Shown here: positions 35,655 through 45,778 of the stretch, piece by piece
How the letters are laid out: every line of letters starts with the position of its first letter
Numbering within the stretch: position 1 is the stretch's first letter
Assembly: GCA_035281845.1 (NCBI GenBank)
Contig: DATEVL010000155.1
Coordinates: forward strand, 739 to 64,738
Reading direction: 5' to 3'
Source: Anaerolineales bacterium
Lineage (GTDB): Bacteria; Chloroflexota; Anaerolineae; Anaerolineales; E44-bin32
DNA length: 64,000 nt
Program-made: the position numbers and the translations under genes
Notes under the pieces: generated by a model
What the model saw: only the letters and a program-made list of their open reading frames with translations
The model's database searches: none
What the model was told of the DNA's origin: nothing

Positions 35655-38135
35655 TCAGCACTCGCTGTAGCCGCAAGCGTGGCATTTACGGCAGCCCTCT
35701 TCGGCGACGAGCGCCGCCGAGCCGCATTCGGGGCACAGGTCGCCGATGCGCATGAGCATCTGCCCATCAGGAGAGCTTTCCTGCTCGGGGTCCAGCGGGA
35801 GGGCTTCCGGAGTTTCACCCAGGTATTCGGCCAGGGCGCGCGCCAACCCATCCGGCAGCGAAAGGACGCGGTTCGGGCCGAAACCCATCGGGCGCCCGCC
35901 GCCGATGCCGGCCAGCTGGCGCACGATCTCCGCCAGGCGCTGGCGCGGTGAAACCGGCGAGGTCACGCGCAGGATGTAGGAGATCAGCCGGCCGATGGCC
36001 TCGGAAACGGCCGCCGTCTCCGAACCGGCCTTGGCCGTCGTAATGAAGACCTCGAACGGCATGCTCTCGCTGTTCTGATTGATGGTGACGAACGCCTTTC
36101 CCAAGGGGGTGCTGATCTGGTAGGTGCAGCCCTCGAGGCGCCCCGGCCGAGGCTTCTTGGCCTCATACCACATCTGCAGCTGAGTCTGCGTGGGTTCGGC
36201 GGGCGCCTTGCGGCCAGCAGTCGCCTTGGTTTCGAGCACGACTTTCTGGCGTGAGCCCGTGACATAGACCGTTAACCCCTTGCAGGCAAGTTCCCAGGCG
36301 AGCATGTAAGCACGCGCCACGTCTTGCGGCTCGGCGGTCTCGGGGAAGTTGCAGGTCTTGCTCAGGCTATTATCGACGAAGGCCTGCATCGCCGCCTGCA
36401 TGCGCACGTGCTCCTCGGCGCTGATGTCCTGAGAGACGACGAAGACACGGCGAATCGCCTCCGGCACCTCGGCCACATCCTGGCACGAGCCACGGTCGAC
36501 CACCTGCCGGACGACCTCCGGGCGGGCCTGCTCATCCACTCCGGCCTCGATCAGCGCCTGTTCGAAGAGCGGGCTGGTGTAGGTCAACTGGAGATCTTGA
36601 CCATGATCGTCGACGTGCCGGACATACGCCAATGCGAAGACCGGCTCGCATCCGTAGCCTTCACAGCCGGCGACCGTGGCGATCGTTCCCGTGGGAGCGA
36701 TGGTCGTCTGGGCGGCGTTGCGAATGCCGTGAGTGCGGATGCCGTCGACGATCTCGTCCCAGTCCACGGCCGGACGGCCAAAATCATGCTGGTAGGGCGA
36801 GAGCGGCGTCGGCGGACTCCACCGCAGATCCTTGGGGTCGTACAGGCTGCCGGCGATGGCAATGAAGGGCCCGCGCTCGTCGGCCAGTTGAATGCTAGTT
36901 TGCATGCAGTGGAATCGGACGAATTCCATCACCTGCGCCGCGAATTCTTCCGCCTGCGGAGAGCCATAGCGCACCCCGACGTGGTACATCAGGTCGCCCA
37001 GACCCATGATCCCCAGGCCGATGCGGCGGGCGCGGTAGGCCGCTTCGCGAAGCTGCGGCACGGCTGGGACATAGGCGTTGGCGGTGACGACGTCGTCCAG
37101 AAAGCGCGTGCTCAGAACGATGCTCTGTTGCAGTTCTTCCCAATCGACCAGGCCGCCGGGCTGGGTGTGTTCCGCCAGGTTGATCGAGCCCAGGCAGCAA
37201 TTCTCATACGGACCCAGCCACTGTTCGCCGCACGGATTCGTCGCCTCGAGTTCGTACAACTGAGGCACCGGATTGCTGCGGTTGGCGGCGTCGATGAACA
37301 GGATTCCCGGCTCCCCGTTGTGGTGCGCTTGCTGCACCATCAAATCGAAAATCTCACGGGCCCGAACGGTCTCGACCACTTGGCCGGAATGCGGCGCGAC
37401 CAGATCGTAGGTGGAGTCGTCGCGCACCGCCTGCATGAAGGCGTCGGTGGCCGCGACCGAAATGTTGAAATTGGTGATCTGGTTCTCGTCGGTCTTGCAG
37501 GTGATGAAGTGGCGGATGTCGGGGTGATCGACGCGCAGGACGGCCATGTTGGCGCCCCGGCGGGTCCCGCCCTGGGCGACCTCGCCGAAAGCCTTGTCGT
37601 ACACGCGCAGGAATCCGACCGGCCCAGTGGCGACGCCGGCCGACGAAGCGACGGTGGCGCCCTGCGGTCGCAGCCGGCTGAAAGAGAAACCGTTGCCCCC
37701 GCCCGTCTGCTGGATCAGCGCCGCGTCCCGCAGAGTCTGGAAGATCCCGGCCGAGTGCCGGCCCATGTCGTCGCTGATCGGCAGGACGAAACAAGCGGCC
37801 AGCTGCCCCAGCGGGGTGCCGGCCCCGGTGAAGGTCGGAGAGTTGGGGAAGAAGCGGCGGCTGGTCAGCAGCTCGTAGAAGGCTTCGGCCATCGACGGGA
37901 TCGGCCCGGCCCATTCGCGCTCGGCCTCGGCCACGTGGTAGGCGACCCGCCAGAACATGTCCTCGATCGTCTCGGCCGGCTGCCCATCGAGCCCGCGTCG
38001 GAGGTAGCGTTTGAACAGGACCGTGCGGGCGTTCTCGCTCAGCTCAACTTGACGCAGTCCCTCCGGGCGCGGCGGCCGCTCGGCCCGCACGCCGGTTTCA
38101 GAGACGCGGACATCGGTCCTGGTCGTCGAGAGCAT
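35655..38135 (-). CDS. nrdJ: class II (adenosylcobalamin-dependent) ribonucleotide reductase
   Basis: Trimmed to the ATG at 38135 (GGAGG 7 nt upstream). Active-site ATNPCGEQ. C-terminal zinc ribbon CPECG...CRKCHACG. Single-chain 826 aa. Confidence 0.9.
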   Translation of the reverse strand: MLSTTRTDVRVSETGVRAERPPRPEGLRQVELSENARTVLFKRYLRRGLDGQPAETIEDMFWRVAYHVAEAEREWAGPIPSMAEAFYELLTSRRFFPNSPTFTGAGTPLGQLAACFVLPISDDMGRHSAGIFQTLRDAALIQQTGGGNGFSFSRLRPQGATVASSAGVATGPVGFLRVYDKAFGEVAQGGTRRGANMAVLRVDHPDIRHFITCKTDENQITNFNISVAATDAFMQAVRDDSTYDLVAPHSGQVVETVRAREIFDLMVQQAHHNGEPGILFIDAANRSNPVPQLYELEATNPCGEQWLGPYENCCLGSINLAEHTQPGGLVDWEELQQSIVLSTRFLDDVVTANAYVPAVPQLREAAYRARRIGLGIMGLGDLMYHVGVRYGSPQAEEFAAQVMEFVRFHCMQTSIQLADERGPFIAIAGSLYDPKDLRWSPPTPLSPYQHDFGRPAVDWDEIVDGIRTHGIRNAAQTTIAPTGTIATVAGCEGYGCEPVFALAYVRHVDDHGQDLQLTYTSPLFEQALIEAGVDEQARPEVVRQVVDRGSCQDVAEVPEAIRRVFVVSQDISAEEHVRMQAAMQAFVDNSLSKTCNFPETAEPQDVARAYMLAWELACKGLTVYVTGSRQKVVLETKATAGRKAPAEPTQTQLQMWYEAKKPRPGRLEGCTYQISTPLGKAFVTINQNSESMPFEVFITTAKAGSETAAVSEAIGRLISYILRVTSPVSPRQRLAEIVRQLAGIGGGRPMGFGPNRVLSLPDGLARALAEYLGETPEALPLDPEQESSPDGQMLMRIGDLCPECGSAALVAEEGCRKCHACGYSEC

Positions 38136-38285
38136 CGCCTCGCCTCCGGGTGAGTCTACGAAATGAGAATGCGGCGACCCTTCGACGGAGCCAGCCCTGA
38201 GCAGCATGATGGGCTCAGGGCCGGCCCCTTGGAGTTTCCCCGCGTTCCCCACCGGTCGCCTCCCCACTCGGCGGCGATCGGCGGG

Positions 38286-38735
38286 CTAGATTACAAGCAG
38301 CTGGTCGATTTCGACCTGGATTTGCCTCAGGTCATCCAGGCCGAGGTAGACGATGGCATAGCGAACGTAGGCGATATGGTCCAGTTCTTTCAACCCGGCC
38401 ATCACCATGTCGCCGATGACGCGCGACGACACCTCAGCTTTGCCCAACGTTTGAAGAGTGGACTCCACTTCGCCCACCAGACGATCAATGCTGGCGGCCG
38501 TGACGGGCCGCTTGGCGCAGGCGATGCGGATTCCCCCGGCGAGCTTCTCTCGATCGAACTCTTCTCGGGTGCCGTCCTGCTTCACCACCAGCGGCGTAGC
38601 CAAGATAGCTCGTTCGTAGGTGCTGAATCGGTTCGGACAGTCCTGGCAGACCCGCCGGCGTCGGACACCTCCCCGAGCATCGTGGGAGGTGTCGATGACG
38701 CGAGTCCGCGGACTGCGACAGTACGGGCAACGCAT
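38286..38735 (-). CDS. nrdR: transcriptional repressor NrdR
   Basis: Trimmed to the ATG at 38735 (MRCPYCRSPRTRVIDTSHDARGGVRRRRVCQDCPNRFSTYE zinc ribbon), followed by an ATP-cone. Confidence 0.9.
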   Translation of the reverse strand: MRCPYCRSPRTRVIDTSHDARGGVRRRRVCQDCPNRFSTYERAILATPLVVKQDGTREEFDREKLAGGIRIACAKRPVTAASIDRLVGEVESTLQTLGKAEVSSRVIGDMVMAGLKELDHIAYVRYAIVYLGLDDLRQIQVEIDQLLVI

Positions 38736-38823
38736 GCGTGCCCTCTCTTGGACGAACGGCTGTTCGGCGCCAGATCTACGCGCCCGGTTGGGATGTGCCC
38801 GATATCTTCGGCTCGGGCGGCTC

Positions 38824-38853
38824 ATCATAGCACAGCCGCTTCCGGCGGGGCAA
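38824..38853 (-). promoter_or_regulatory. candidate promoter of nrdR-nrdJ
   Basis: Minus strand reads TTGCCC (38853-38848), 18-nt spacer, TGC-TATGAT (extended -10; TATGAT = 38829-38824). Lies about 90 nt upstream of the nrdR ATG. Confidence 0.45.
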
Positions 38854-38970
38854 GCCGCGAGGCCTCCGCCAACCTTAAAAGAATGCGACCTGGGCCTAGT
38901 ACTTTGGTCCTTCGCCCGAACAGGCGAGTCTTTTCGCCGTTCCTTCATCGTCAGGATTTGGCCCCGCTCC

Positions 38971-39830
38971 GGCGCCCTTGGAGGCCTGCACCGCTTCCGG
39001 CGCGGTGAAGGGCGTAGAGGCCGAGCCCCTCGCCAGTCGCTCGCTCTCTACCTCTTCAGGGAACCCGAAGGGTGCAGAGCGCCACGCCCTTCGCCCTCTA
39101 CAGGGCGCCAAGGGCGGCGCACACCCAGGGTGCACCCGAAGGGGTGAGGGCGGGGCCCGCCTCCCCTCCGGGATCCCCTTCGGGATGCGAAGCGCGATGC
39201 ACGGGGGAAACGCATGCCGATGGCGATTTCAAGAGTGGAGGCATCCGGAAGGTGCCGCCGAGGAAGCGGCGATGGGGATCTCTAGGGCGCGTCGTAGCAG
39301 ATCGCGCGGCGGGCGCGTCGAGCCGGCGGGCGGCGACGGGGAATCGCATCAGGGATTCCTCGGGCACCTCGGAGCATTGAACGCTTAGACCTGCGGATGC
39401 TCGGGTTGCCTCGGAAAGACAGCGGCAAAGGCGGTCAACCGGGCACGATGCCGCCAAATTGGAACGGTCCACCCCTTACTCTCGTTCCGAGCCCCGCGAG
39501 CGGGGCGACACCTGCACCTGCACCACCCTGGCACCGCCACTCCACTCCGTCTCGCCCTCTACACCCCTTCGCCCTCTACAGGGCGCCAAGGGCGGGTGTC
39601 CCCAGGGGACGGGGCGCCACGCCCTTCGGCGCACCCGAAGGGGTGAGGCCGGCGCCCTGGTGAGGAAGGCAGGTGTACGGCGCGGCTGTAGGAGCAGGTG
39701 GGAATCCCCAAAGCGCGGCGGCGCAGAGCGCGCGGCGGGTGCGCCGTGCCCGAGGGTCGAAAGGTGGATGGCCTCAGGGATTCCTCGCCCCCTTGCGGGG
39801 GCTCGGAATGACAGTGGGAGAGGTGGGTGT
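38971..39830. repeat. gene-free mosaic of nested repeat modules (families A, A', B, U and others)
   Basis: Module words occur at 38971-39020 (A'), 39060-39160 (A), 39163-39200 (B), 39482-39709 (unit U with A nested) and 39801-39812 (unit-U head, inverted). Paralogous segments 39096/39566 and 39298/39725 indicate a degenerate duplication of about 430-470 bp. Confidence 0.8.
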
Positions 39831-39978
39831 CCACTCGGCAGGCGTGGTGGGCCGGCGACGGAGGAGGAGGACCGTCGCCGGCCCCTGCCGAATCCCGAAC
39901 CCCGGCCAAACAAATGGCGTTCGGGTGCATCCATTGCGGCTGCCCCGGGCGAACCCGAACGGCCTGCCTTGAGCACTA

Positions 39979-40058
39979 GGGGTCAGTGGTGACTGGCCAG
40001 CGGCCACGAAAGGCTCTCACTGGCCACCGACCACCGACCACCGACCACTGACCACTGC
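39979..40058. repeat. heptanucleotide-tandem hairpin element (copy D)
   Basis: GGGGTCAGTGGTGACTGGCCAGCGGCCAC, loop, CTCACTGGCCA CCGACCA CCGACCA CCGACCA CTGACCA CTGC. Ends 3 nt from the ftsZ stop. Confidence 0.85.
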
Positions 40059-40061
40059 ACT

Positions 40062-41165
40062 TCAGCGGCGCCGCAGGAACGCCGGGATGTCCAGGTCGTT
40101 CAGGTCGAAGGCGCTCGGCTGGAACGCTTCGACCGGGGAGGCCTCCATGGCCACCTCTGCCTTGCCTTCGCGTCGCGTCGGCGTGCGGCGTGCCGCCGCT
40201 CGCCGCGCCGGCCCCGTCCGCTCGAACCCGGTTGCGATGACCGTCACTCGCAGCTCGTCGCCGATGGTCGGGTCGATGACGGCGCCAAAGATCAGATTGA
40301 CATCCGGATGGGCTGTCTCCTTGATGATCGCCGCCGCCTGATTGACCTCGAACAGGCTCAGGTTCGGCCCGCCGGTAACGTTGAACAGGATCCCGTGGGC
40401 GCCGTCGATCGTGATGTCCAGAAGCTGGCTCGAAATAGCCTGCTCGGCGGCCGCGCGGGCGCGGTCCTCGCCGGTCCCCCGCCCGACCGCCATCAACGCC
40501 GCACCGCCCTCCGACATGATCGTTCGCACGTCGGCAAAGTCCAGATTGATCAGACCGGGCACGGTGATCAGCTCGCTGATGCCCTGGATCCCCTGGCGCA
40601 AGACGTCGTCGGCCGTGCGGAAGGCATCCTGCAGACTGGCACGCTTGTCGACGATCTGCAGCAGGCGGTCGTTCGGAATCACGATGAGCGTGTCGACGTG
40701 CTCCTTCAAACCGGAAATGCCGGCCTCGGCCGCCTGCGCCCGCTTGCCGCCCTCGAAAGTGAACGGCCGGGTGACCACACCGATGGTCAACGCGCCGATC
40801 TCTTTGGCGATTTGGGCGATGATCGGAGCCGCCCCGGTCCCGGTGCCGCCCCCGATGCCAGCCGCCAGGAAGATCATGTCGGCGCCCTTGAGCACTTCGT
40901 ACAGCTCCTCGGCCGACTCCTCCGCCGCCTTGCGCCCCACCTCCGGGTTGCCTCCGGCGCCCAGCCCGCGCGTCAGCTTGTCGCCGATGCGCACGCGTTT
41001 GGGCGCGTTCGAGAGCAAGAGGGCCTGGGCATCGGTGTTGATGGCGGCGAACTCGATGCCGGCCAGGCCCTCCTCGATCATCCGGTTGACGGCGTTGCTG
41101 CCCCCGCCGCCAATCCCGATGACCATGATCCGAGCAAACGATTCCGACTTGGGTGCTGTGAACAT
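40062..41165 (-). CDS. ftsZ: cell division GTPase FtsZ
   Basis: Trimmed to the ATG at 41165 (AGGAGGAGGGAGAAG upstream). [13 protein letters not shown] and tubulin signature [11 protein letters not shown]-terminal DIPAFLRRR tail. Confidence 0.95.
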   Translation of the reverse strand: MFTAPKSESFARIMVIGIGGGGSNAVNRMIEEGLAGIEFAAINTDAQALLLSNAPKRVRIGDKLTRGLGAGGNPEVGRKAAEESAEELYEVLKGADMIFLAAGIGGGTGTGAAPIIAQIAKEIGALTIGVVTRPFTFEGGKRAQAAEAGISGLKEHVDTLIVIPNDRLLQIVDKRASLQDAFRTADDVLRQGIQGISELITVPGLINLDFADVRTIMSEGGAALMAVGRGTGEDRARAAAEQAISSQLLDITIDGAHGILFNVTGGPNLSLFEVNQAAAIIKETAHPDVNLIFGAVIDPTIGDELRVTVIATGFERTGPARRAAARRTPTRREGKAEVAMEASPVEAFQPSAFDLNDLDIPAFLRRR

Positions 41166-41316
41166 CTTCTCCCTCCTCCTGGCTGCTTCGCCAACGCGGA
41201 AACCCGGCCGCAATGCCGTGGCCGCGCTGGCGGATTCGTTCGGCGGGCCCGCCCTGAGCGAAGTCGAAGGGCCGTCCCTCATGAAGTTCATTTGCGTCTG
41301 GTTGTCATCCATGGCC

Positions 41317-42564
41317 TCACCCCGGCAGGAGCCGTTTCAGGAAATCGGTGGCGCGGGCGAGATCGAGCTTCGGCATCACCAGGCCGCCCAGACCGCGCCC
41401 TTCGAGGCGGCTCTGCTCTTCTTGCAGTCGGGCCCACTCCAGCAATCCCAGGCTGGCTGAATACACCGGCGAACGAAGCTGGTCGACCAATCCCCGAAGT
41501 TCCTCGGGCTGTCCGACGCGAACCGGCAGGCTGAGGACCTGAGCCGCCACCTCACGCAGCCCCGGAAGCAGGCTCGTGCCGCCGGTGACGACCATTCCGG
41601 CTGGCAGCAATCCGTCATAGCCGGAGCGTTTGATTTCCTGGCGAACCAGGCTGAAGATCTCCTCGACGCGCGGCTCCAGGATCGCCGCCAGATCGACCCG
41701 GCGAATCTGCACCGGTTTCTCCTCGCCAAAGGGCCGCACGGCCAGGATCTCGTTCGGATCCAGCATCGAAGGCCGGGCGTGGCCGTGTCGGCACTTGACC
41801 TGCTCGGCCGTTTCCGGCGGCAAGTGCAATCCTTGCGCCAGGTCGCTCGTCAGATGATCGCCACCTACCGGAAGGACCGCCGTATGCCAGACGGCGCCTT
41901 CGATGTAAACGGCCAAGTCGCACGTGCCGCCGCCGATGTCACAAACCACGACCCCCATCTCGCGTTCGGTCTCCGTCAGGACAACTTCGGCCGAGGCCAG
42001 CGGGCTCAGGACATAGCCATCGATCGCCACCCCGAGACTCTCGAAGGCTTTCTCCATGTTGCGGAGCGCGGTTCCAGCGGCGGTGACGATGTGCGCCTCG
42101 ACCTCCAGCCGGTAACCGTGCATCCCAATGGCGGACTTGATCCCGTCCTGACCATCCACCACATAGCCGCGCGGGATGACGTGGATGACCTGGCGGTTGT
42201 AGGGCAGCGCAATCGAACGCGCCGCATCCAATGCCCGGTTGACGTCGTCTGGCCCGATGACCCGCCCCGACACACCGGCCATGCCCTTGCTGTTGAGCGA
42301 GGCGATTTGTGCGCCCGACAGGCTGACCAGCGCCGAGCTGATCTCGAAACCCGAAGTGCGCTCGGCCTTGTCCTTGGCCGACTCCACCGCCCGTGCCACG
42401 CCCTCCAGGTTGACCACACCTCCCTTGCGCATCCCGAGCGATGGCACAATGCCGACGCCGATGATGCGCAGGCGTGACTCCTCGTCGAGCTGGCCGACCA
42501 GCGCGCAGACTTTCGTCGTTCCGACGTCGACCCCGACGAAGATGATTTCGTCCGAACCGATCAT
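41317..42564 (-). CDS. ftsA: cell division protein FtsA
   Basis: Actin-like ATPase motifs [10 protein letters not shown] and DIGGGTCD. Positioned between ftsQ and ftsZ. Confidence 0.9.
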   Translation of the reverse strand: MIGSDEIIFVGVDVGTTKVCALVGQLDEESRLRIIGVGIVPSLGMRKGGVVNLEGVARAVESAKDKAERTSGFEISSALVSLSGAQIASLNSKGMAGVSGRVIGPDDVNRALDAARSIALPYNRQVIHVIPRGYVVDGQDGIKSAIGMHGYRLEVEAHIVTAAGTALRNMEKAFESLGVAIDGYVLSPLASAEVVLTETEREMGVVVCDIGGGTCDLAVYIEGAVWHTAVLPVGGDHLTSDLAQGLHLPPETAEQVKCRHGHARPSMLDPNEILAVRPFGEEKPVQIRRVDLAAILEPRVEEIFSLVRQEIKRSGYDGLLPAGMVVTGGTSLLPGLREVAAQVLSLPVRVGQPEELRGLVDQLRSPVYSASLGLLEWARLQEEQSRLEGRGLGGLVMPKLDLARATDFLKRLLPG

Positions 42565-42577
42565 GTCGCTCCGCCGC

Positions 42578-43483
42578 TCATTTCTTCCGATAGTAGGGGG
42601 CCGCCGGGTCTTCCACGCTGACCAGTTCCGCGACGACGCCCCGCTGGGCCAGAACCTCGGAGATTCTTCGGTACAGTTGCACTTTGAGGACCATGTCTCC
42701 GCCGGTGCCGAAATACGCCTGCCAGCCGTTCGGGTCGATAAAGCCGAATCCGTGTCCGGGACGGTATTGAAGTCCGTCCACTTCCGGTACCTGCGCCAAG
42801 AGGGCGGCGGCCGCCCACAGCGCCTCGGGTTCGATCACCGGAGCCAGCGGGTCGCGCTCGACGTCGAGGCTGGGCTCACTGGCCGTCACCCGGATCAGGT
42901 TGCCCAACTCGCCGTGTTTCAGGAAGGCGACCCCGTCGGCGCTGAGCCACCAGACCTGCCCATCGTCGTCCCATTCGATCATCGGCCGGCGTTCTGCGAC
43001 GCGCAGCTCAACGTGATTCGGCCAGCGAAGGAGGACGTCGGCCGATTGAATCTCGGGCTGCGCCAATAACCTGCCCCGGACCTCGGGCGGATCGATCAGG
43101 AAGACCGGACGCCCGTCGATATCAGCAATCGATCGAATCTGCGATTCGGTCAGGAGCTCGGTGGGGGAGACGCTCGCCTTCTCCACCCGGAATTCGCTCC
43201 CCCGGAACGCGCTGAGCAAGGCCCAGGCCACCACCAGCATCATGGCGGTGGACAGGATCCGGGCGCCAACCCGAAAGGCGGGCAGGGCCGGCAAGCGCAG
43301 GGCCGCCCCCACCTCAGCCGGGATCGGCAGCTCCCACACTCGACGAGGGCGCCGATGGTGAGGCGCTGAGCGGGCCGGGCCACGCGGGGCGCGTTCGGCC
43401 GGTTGGCGGATGTGGCCCCGGCGCGAGCGCACGTGCTCCGCCCGCGTTCGAGGCGTTTCGATGGACGGGTCGGCGACCGTCAT
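42578..43483 (-). CDS. ftsQ: cell division protein FtsQ/DivIB (POTRA domain)
   Basis: Start set to the ATG at 43483, overlapping the ddl stop (ATGA). Basic cytoplasmic tail, TM helix ILSTAMMLVVAWALLSAF, then a POTRA-like segment. Position is typical for ftsQ. Confidence 0.75.
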   Translation of the reverse strand: MTVADPSIETPRTRAEHVRSRRGHIRQPAERAPRGPARSAPHHRRPRRVWELPIPAEVGAALRLPALPAFRVGARILSTAMMLVVAWALLSAFRGSEFRVEKASVSPTELLTESQIRSIADIDGRPVFLIDPPEVRGRLLAQPEIQSADVLLRWPNHVELRVAERRPMIEWDDDGQVWWLSADGVAFLKHGELGNLIRVTASEPSLDVERDPLAPVIEPEALWAAAALLAQVPEVDGLQYRPGHGFGFIDPNGWQAYFGTGGDMVLKVQLYRRISEVLAQRGVVAELVSVEDPAAPYYRKK

Positions 43484-44589
43484 GATTCGCTCCCGTAGCG
43501 CCGCACCAGCCGGTCCTTCTGCGCTTGGCGTTCCAGCGCCAGCTCGATCAGCCGGTCCATCAGGGCCGAATACGGCAGTCCGCTGGCGTCCCACAGCTTG
43601 GGATACATGCTGATCCGGGTGAACCCGGGGATCGTGTTCAGTTCGTTCACGTACAACCTGCCATCGTCCTGATCGAGCAAGAAATCGGCGCGCGCCATTC
43701 CGGCCCCGTCGATGGCGACGAAAGCCTCGACCGCCAGCCGCCGCGCTTCGTCGCGGGTGGCGTCGTCGAGCGGCGCCGGGATCAGGAGCTGCGACGAGTC
43801 GTCGACGTACTTCGCCCGATAGGAGTAGAAGTCGTCGCTGGGCAGAATCTCCCCCGGCAGCGACGCCTGCGGCGTTTCGTTGCCGAGCACGCTCACCTCG
43901 ATTTCGCGCGCCCGCACCCCGCGTTCGACGAGAACGCGACGGTCGTAACGGGCGGCGTCCATCAGGCCCTCGATCATGTCCGACCGGTTTCGCACCTTGC
44001 TGATCCCCACCGACGAGCCGAGGTTGGCCGGTTTGGTGAACAGCGGGTAAGCACCGACGGCCTCCGCCCGCCGCGCGGCGGCCTCGATGTCACGCTGGAT
44101 TTCTTCCGCCAAGATCAGACCCCACTCGACGACCGGCAGGCCGCGCCCCTCCATGACGGTCTTGAAGAGAGCCTTGTCCATCGCCACGGCCGACGCCAGA
44201 ACTCCGGCACCGACATAGGGGATGTCGGCCAACTCGAGCAATCCTTGGACCGTACCGTCCTCTCCGTAGCTGCCGTGCAGTACGGGAAAGACGACATCCA
44301 GCCGACTCACGACGTCCATCGGCTTGCCTTCGCCCCAGCGGAAGACGCAGCGCAATCCCGGCTCGGCCGGGAACCATGCCGGTTCCAGAGAACCGGTGCC
44401 GCCCTGCTCGAAAGTTTCCAGGGCCGCCGGCCCCGTGTACCACTGGCCATCATGCGTTATCCCGATCTGCACCGCTTCGTACCGGCTGGCGTCAAGGGCG
44501 CCGAGGACCGAGCGGGCGGAAAGCAACGAGATCTCATGCTCGCCGGAGCGGCCGCCGAAGATCACGCCGACGCGAAGACGGTCGGTCAT
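43480..44589 (-). CDS. ddl: D-alanine--D-alanine ligase
   Basis: Trimmed to the ATG at 44589 (MTDRLRVGVIFGGRSGEHEISL). ATP-grasp motif ELNTIPGFT. Confidence 0.9.
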   Translation of the reverse strand: MTDRLRVGVIFGGRSGEHEISLLSARSVLGALDASRYEAVQIGITHDGQWYTGPAALETFEQGGTGSLEPAWFPAEPGLRCVFRWGEGKPMDVVSRLDVVFPVLHGSYGEDGTVQGLLELADIPYVGAGVLASAVAMDKALFKTVMEGRGLPVVEWGLILAEEIQRDIEAAARRAEAVGAYPLFTKPANLGSSVGISKVRNRSDMIEGLMDAARYDRRVLVERGVRAREIEVSVLGNETPQASLPGEILPSDDFYSYRAKYVDDSSQLLIPAPLDDATRDEARRLAVEAFVAIDGAGMARADFLLDQDDGRLYVNELNTIPGFTRISMYPKLWDASGLPYSALMDRLIELALERQAQKDRLVRRYGSES

Positions 44590-44625
44590 ACCGCGGCAGC
44601 CCCCAACAACCGGCACGTCCTACTC

Positions 44626-44833
44626 GTGCCGCCCCCGCGAATCGCGCTTCGCATCCCGGAGGGGAGGCGGGGGCCCAGCGTTTGCGACTCCCTGGATTCC
44701 CGCTTTCGCGGGAATGACGAGTTCTTTCTGGTGTCGCCCCCGCGAATCGCGCTTCGCATCCCGAAGGGGAAGCGGGGGCCCAGGCTTTGACCCTCCCTGG
44801 ATTCCCGCCTTCGCGGAAATGAAAGGGACTCGA
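44626..44833 (-). repeat. two tandem ~105-nt structured repeats in the murB-ddl intercistronic spacer
   Basis: Unit 1 at 44631-44735, unit 2 at 44736-44833 (plus-strand reading). Each has GCCCCCGC-(module B, CGAATCGCGCTTCGCATCCCGGAGGGGA)-GCGGGGGC, then the hairpin GGATTCCCGC-TTTC-GCGGGAATG. Confidence 0.85.
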
Positions 44834-45772
44834 TCACGCGAGCGCCTCCCGCAATTCCTTCGGCCACTCCCCGACCAGCTCGATCTCGAGCTCCAGATCC
44901 ACGCCCGCCGCTTCCCGCACTTTTCGGCGCGCTTCGATCAGCAATCGCGCCACGTCGGAGGCCTTCGCTCCGCCCTTGTTGAGGAAGAAATTCGCGTGGC
45001 GGCTGCTGATTTCCGCCTGACCGACTTGTGCTCCCTTCATCCCCGCCGCCTCCACCAGCCGGCCGGCGAAGTCGCCCGGAGGGTTCTTGAACATCGATCC
45101 CCAGCTGGCGCCCGGGGGCTGCGTCTTCTGCCGGTATCCGACGTTCGCCTCCACCTTCGCCTGGGCGGCTTCCGGGGTGGATGGCTCCAGACGGAACGTC
45201 GCTGTCAATACCACCGCCGCGCCCGGATTGCGTTTCAGCCAGCTCGTGCGGTAGCCGTACTCGAAGCGCTCCACCGGCCACGATTCGGTCCGAGACGGTG
45301 GTTGCAAGATTTCGGCCGTCTCCAGGCACCGCGCAACTTCCGCCCCATGCGCCCCGGCGTTACCGACCACCGCCCCACCGACCGTCCCCGGGACGGTCGC
45401 CGCCCATTCAAGCCCGGAGAATCCTCGAGCGGCCGCTCGACGAGCCACGCCCCCCAGCGCTGCGCCGGACTCGGCCCGAACCCGCGGCGTCATGCCGGCC
45501 TGATCGAACCTGGCTCGTCGAGCTCGGTTCAAAATGACCACCTCCCGCACGCCTTCATCCGCCACAAGCACGTTCGAACCGCCTCCCAAGACGCGGAATG
45601 TCTCGCCCAGACCCCACAAACCGCTGGCCGTCTCTCTCAGCTCGTCCGCGGAACGGACGTCGATCAGGAAGTCGGCCTTGCCGCCGGTCCTGGAGGAAGT
45701 GAAGCGTGCCAGCGAGACTCCCTCCTGGAGCCGTTCGCCGAAGAGACGCCGTAGGTCCGAAGGGCGAGGCAT
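44834..45772 (-). CDS. murB: UDP-N-acetylenolpyruvoylglucosamine reductase
   Basis: FAD-binding N-terminal domain (RFTSSRTGGKADFLIDV, LGGGSNVLV). MurB C-terminal domain. dcw context. Confidence 0.9.
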   Translation of the reverse strand: MPRPSDLRRLFGERLQEGVSLARFTSSRTGGKADFLIDVRSADELRETASGLWGLGETFRVLGGGSNVLVADEGVREVVILNRARRARFDQAGMTPRVRAESGAALGGVARRAAARGFSGLEWAATVPGTVGGAVVGNAGAHGAEVARCLETAEILQPPSRTESWPVERFEYGYRTSWLKRNPGAAVVLTATFRLEPSTPEAAQAKVEANVGYRQKTQPPGASWGSMFKNPPGDFAGRLVEAAGMKGAQVGQAEISSRHANFFLNKGGAKASDVARLLIEARRKVREAAGVDLELEIELVGEWPKELREALA

Positions 45773-45778
45773 CCGGCC

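Noticed and set aside
36324-38153. 609-aa plus-strand ORF
   Set aside because: Antisense to nrdJ (active-site TNPCGEQ and zinc ribbon on the minus strand). No motifs and biased composition.
38136-38860. NrdR boxes and a cobalamin riboswitch upstream of nrdR/nrdJ
   Set aside because: I looked for the 16-bp NrdR palindrome (acaCwAtATaTwgtgt type). I found only short GATATC and AGATCT centres (about 38772-38806) whose flanks are not complementary. No B12-box-like sequence occurs in the 150-nt nrdR-nrdJ spacer, which holds only an 8-bp hairpin (CCCTGAGC...GCTCAGGG). This cannot be settled without a position-weight-matrix or covariance-model scan.
39200-39480. tmRNA, SRP RNA or 6S RNA in the partly unique core of the gene-free block
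   Set aside because: No tRNA-like 3' end (GGTTCGAATCC type), no tag-reading frame, and no SRP domain IV motif (only a loose CCGGAAGG...GGAAGCGGC resemblance at about 39243-39275). A 6S-type fold cannot be judged by eye.
38978-39992. 136-, 177-, 166- and 124-aa ORFs in the ftsZ-nrdR gap
   Set aside because: All read through repeat modules on both strands (peptides such as PFALYRAPRAAHTQGAPEGV recur wherever the module occurs). None has an SD or coding periodicity that I could see.
7990-41312. Long N-terminal extensions in the ORF track (7990-8670, 12052-13878, 10622-12241, 16414-17625, 17457-18509, 18233-19507, 20936-21772, 35655-38267, 38286-38948, 40062-41312)
   Set aside because: In each case an internal start gives the canonical family N-terminus. 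That start is also preceded by a GGAGG-type SD or overlaps the upstream stop. The extensions are Arg/Gly/Pro-rich and overlap neighbouring genes or repeats.
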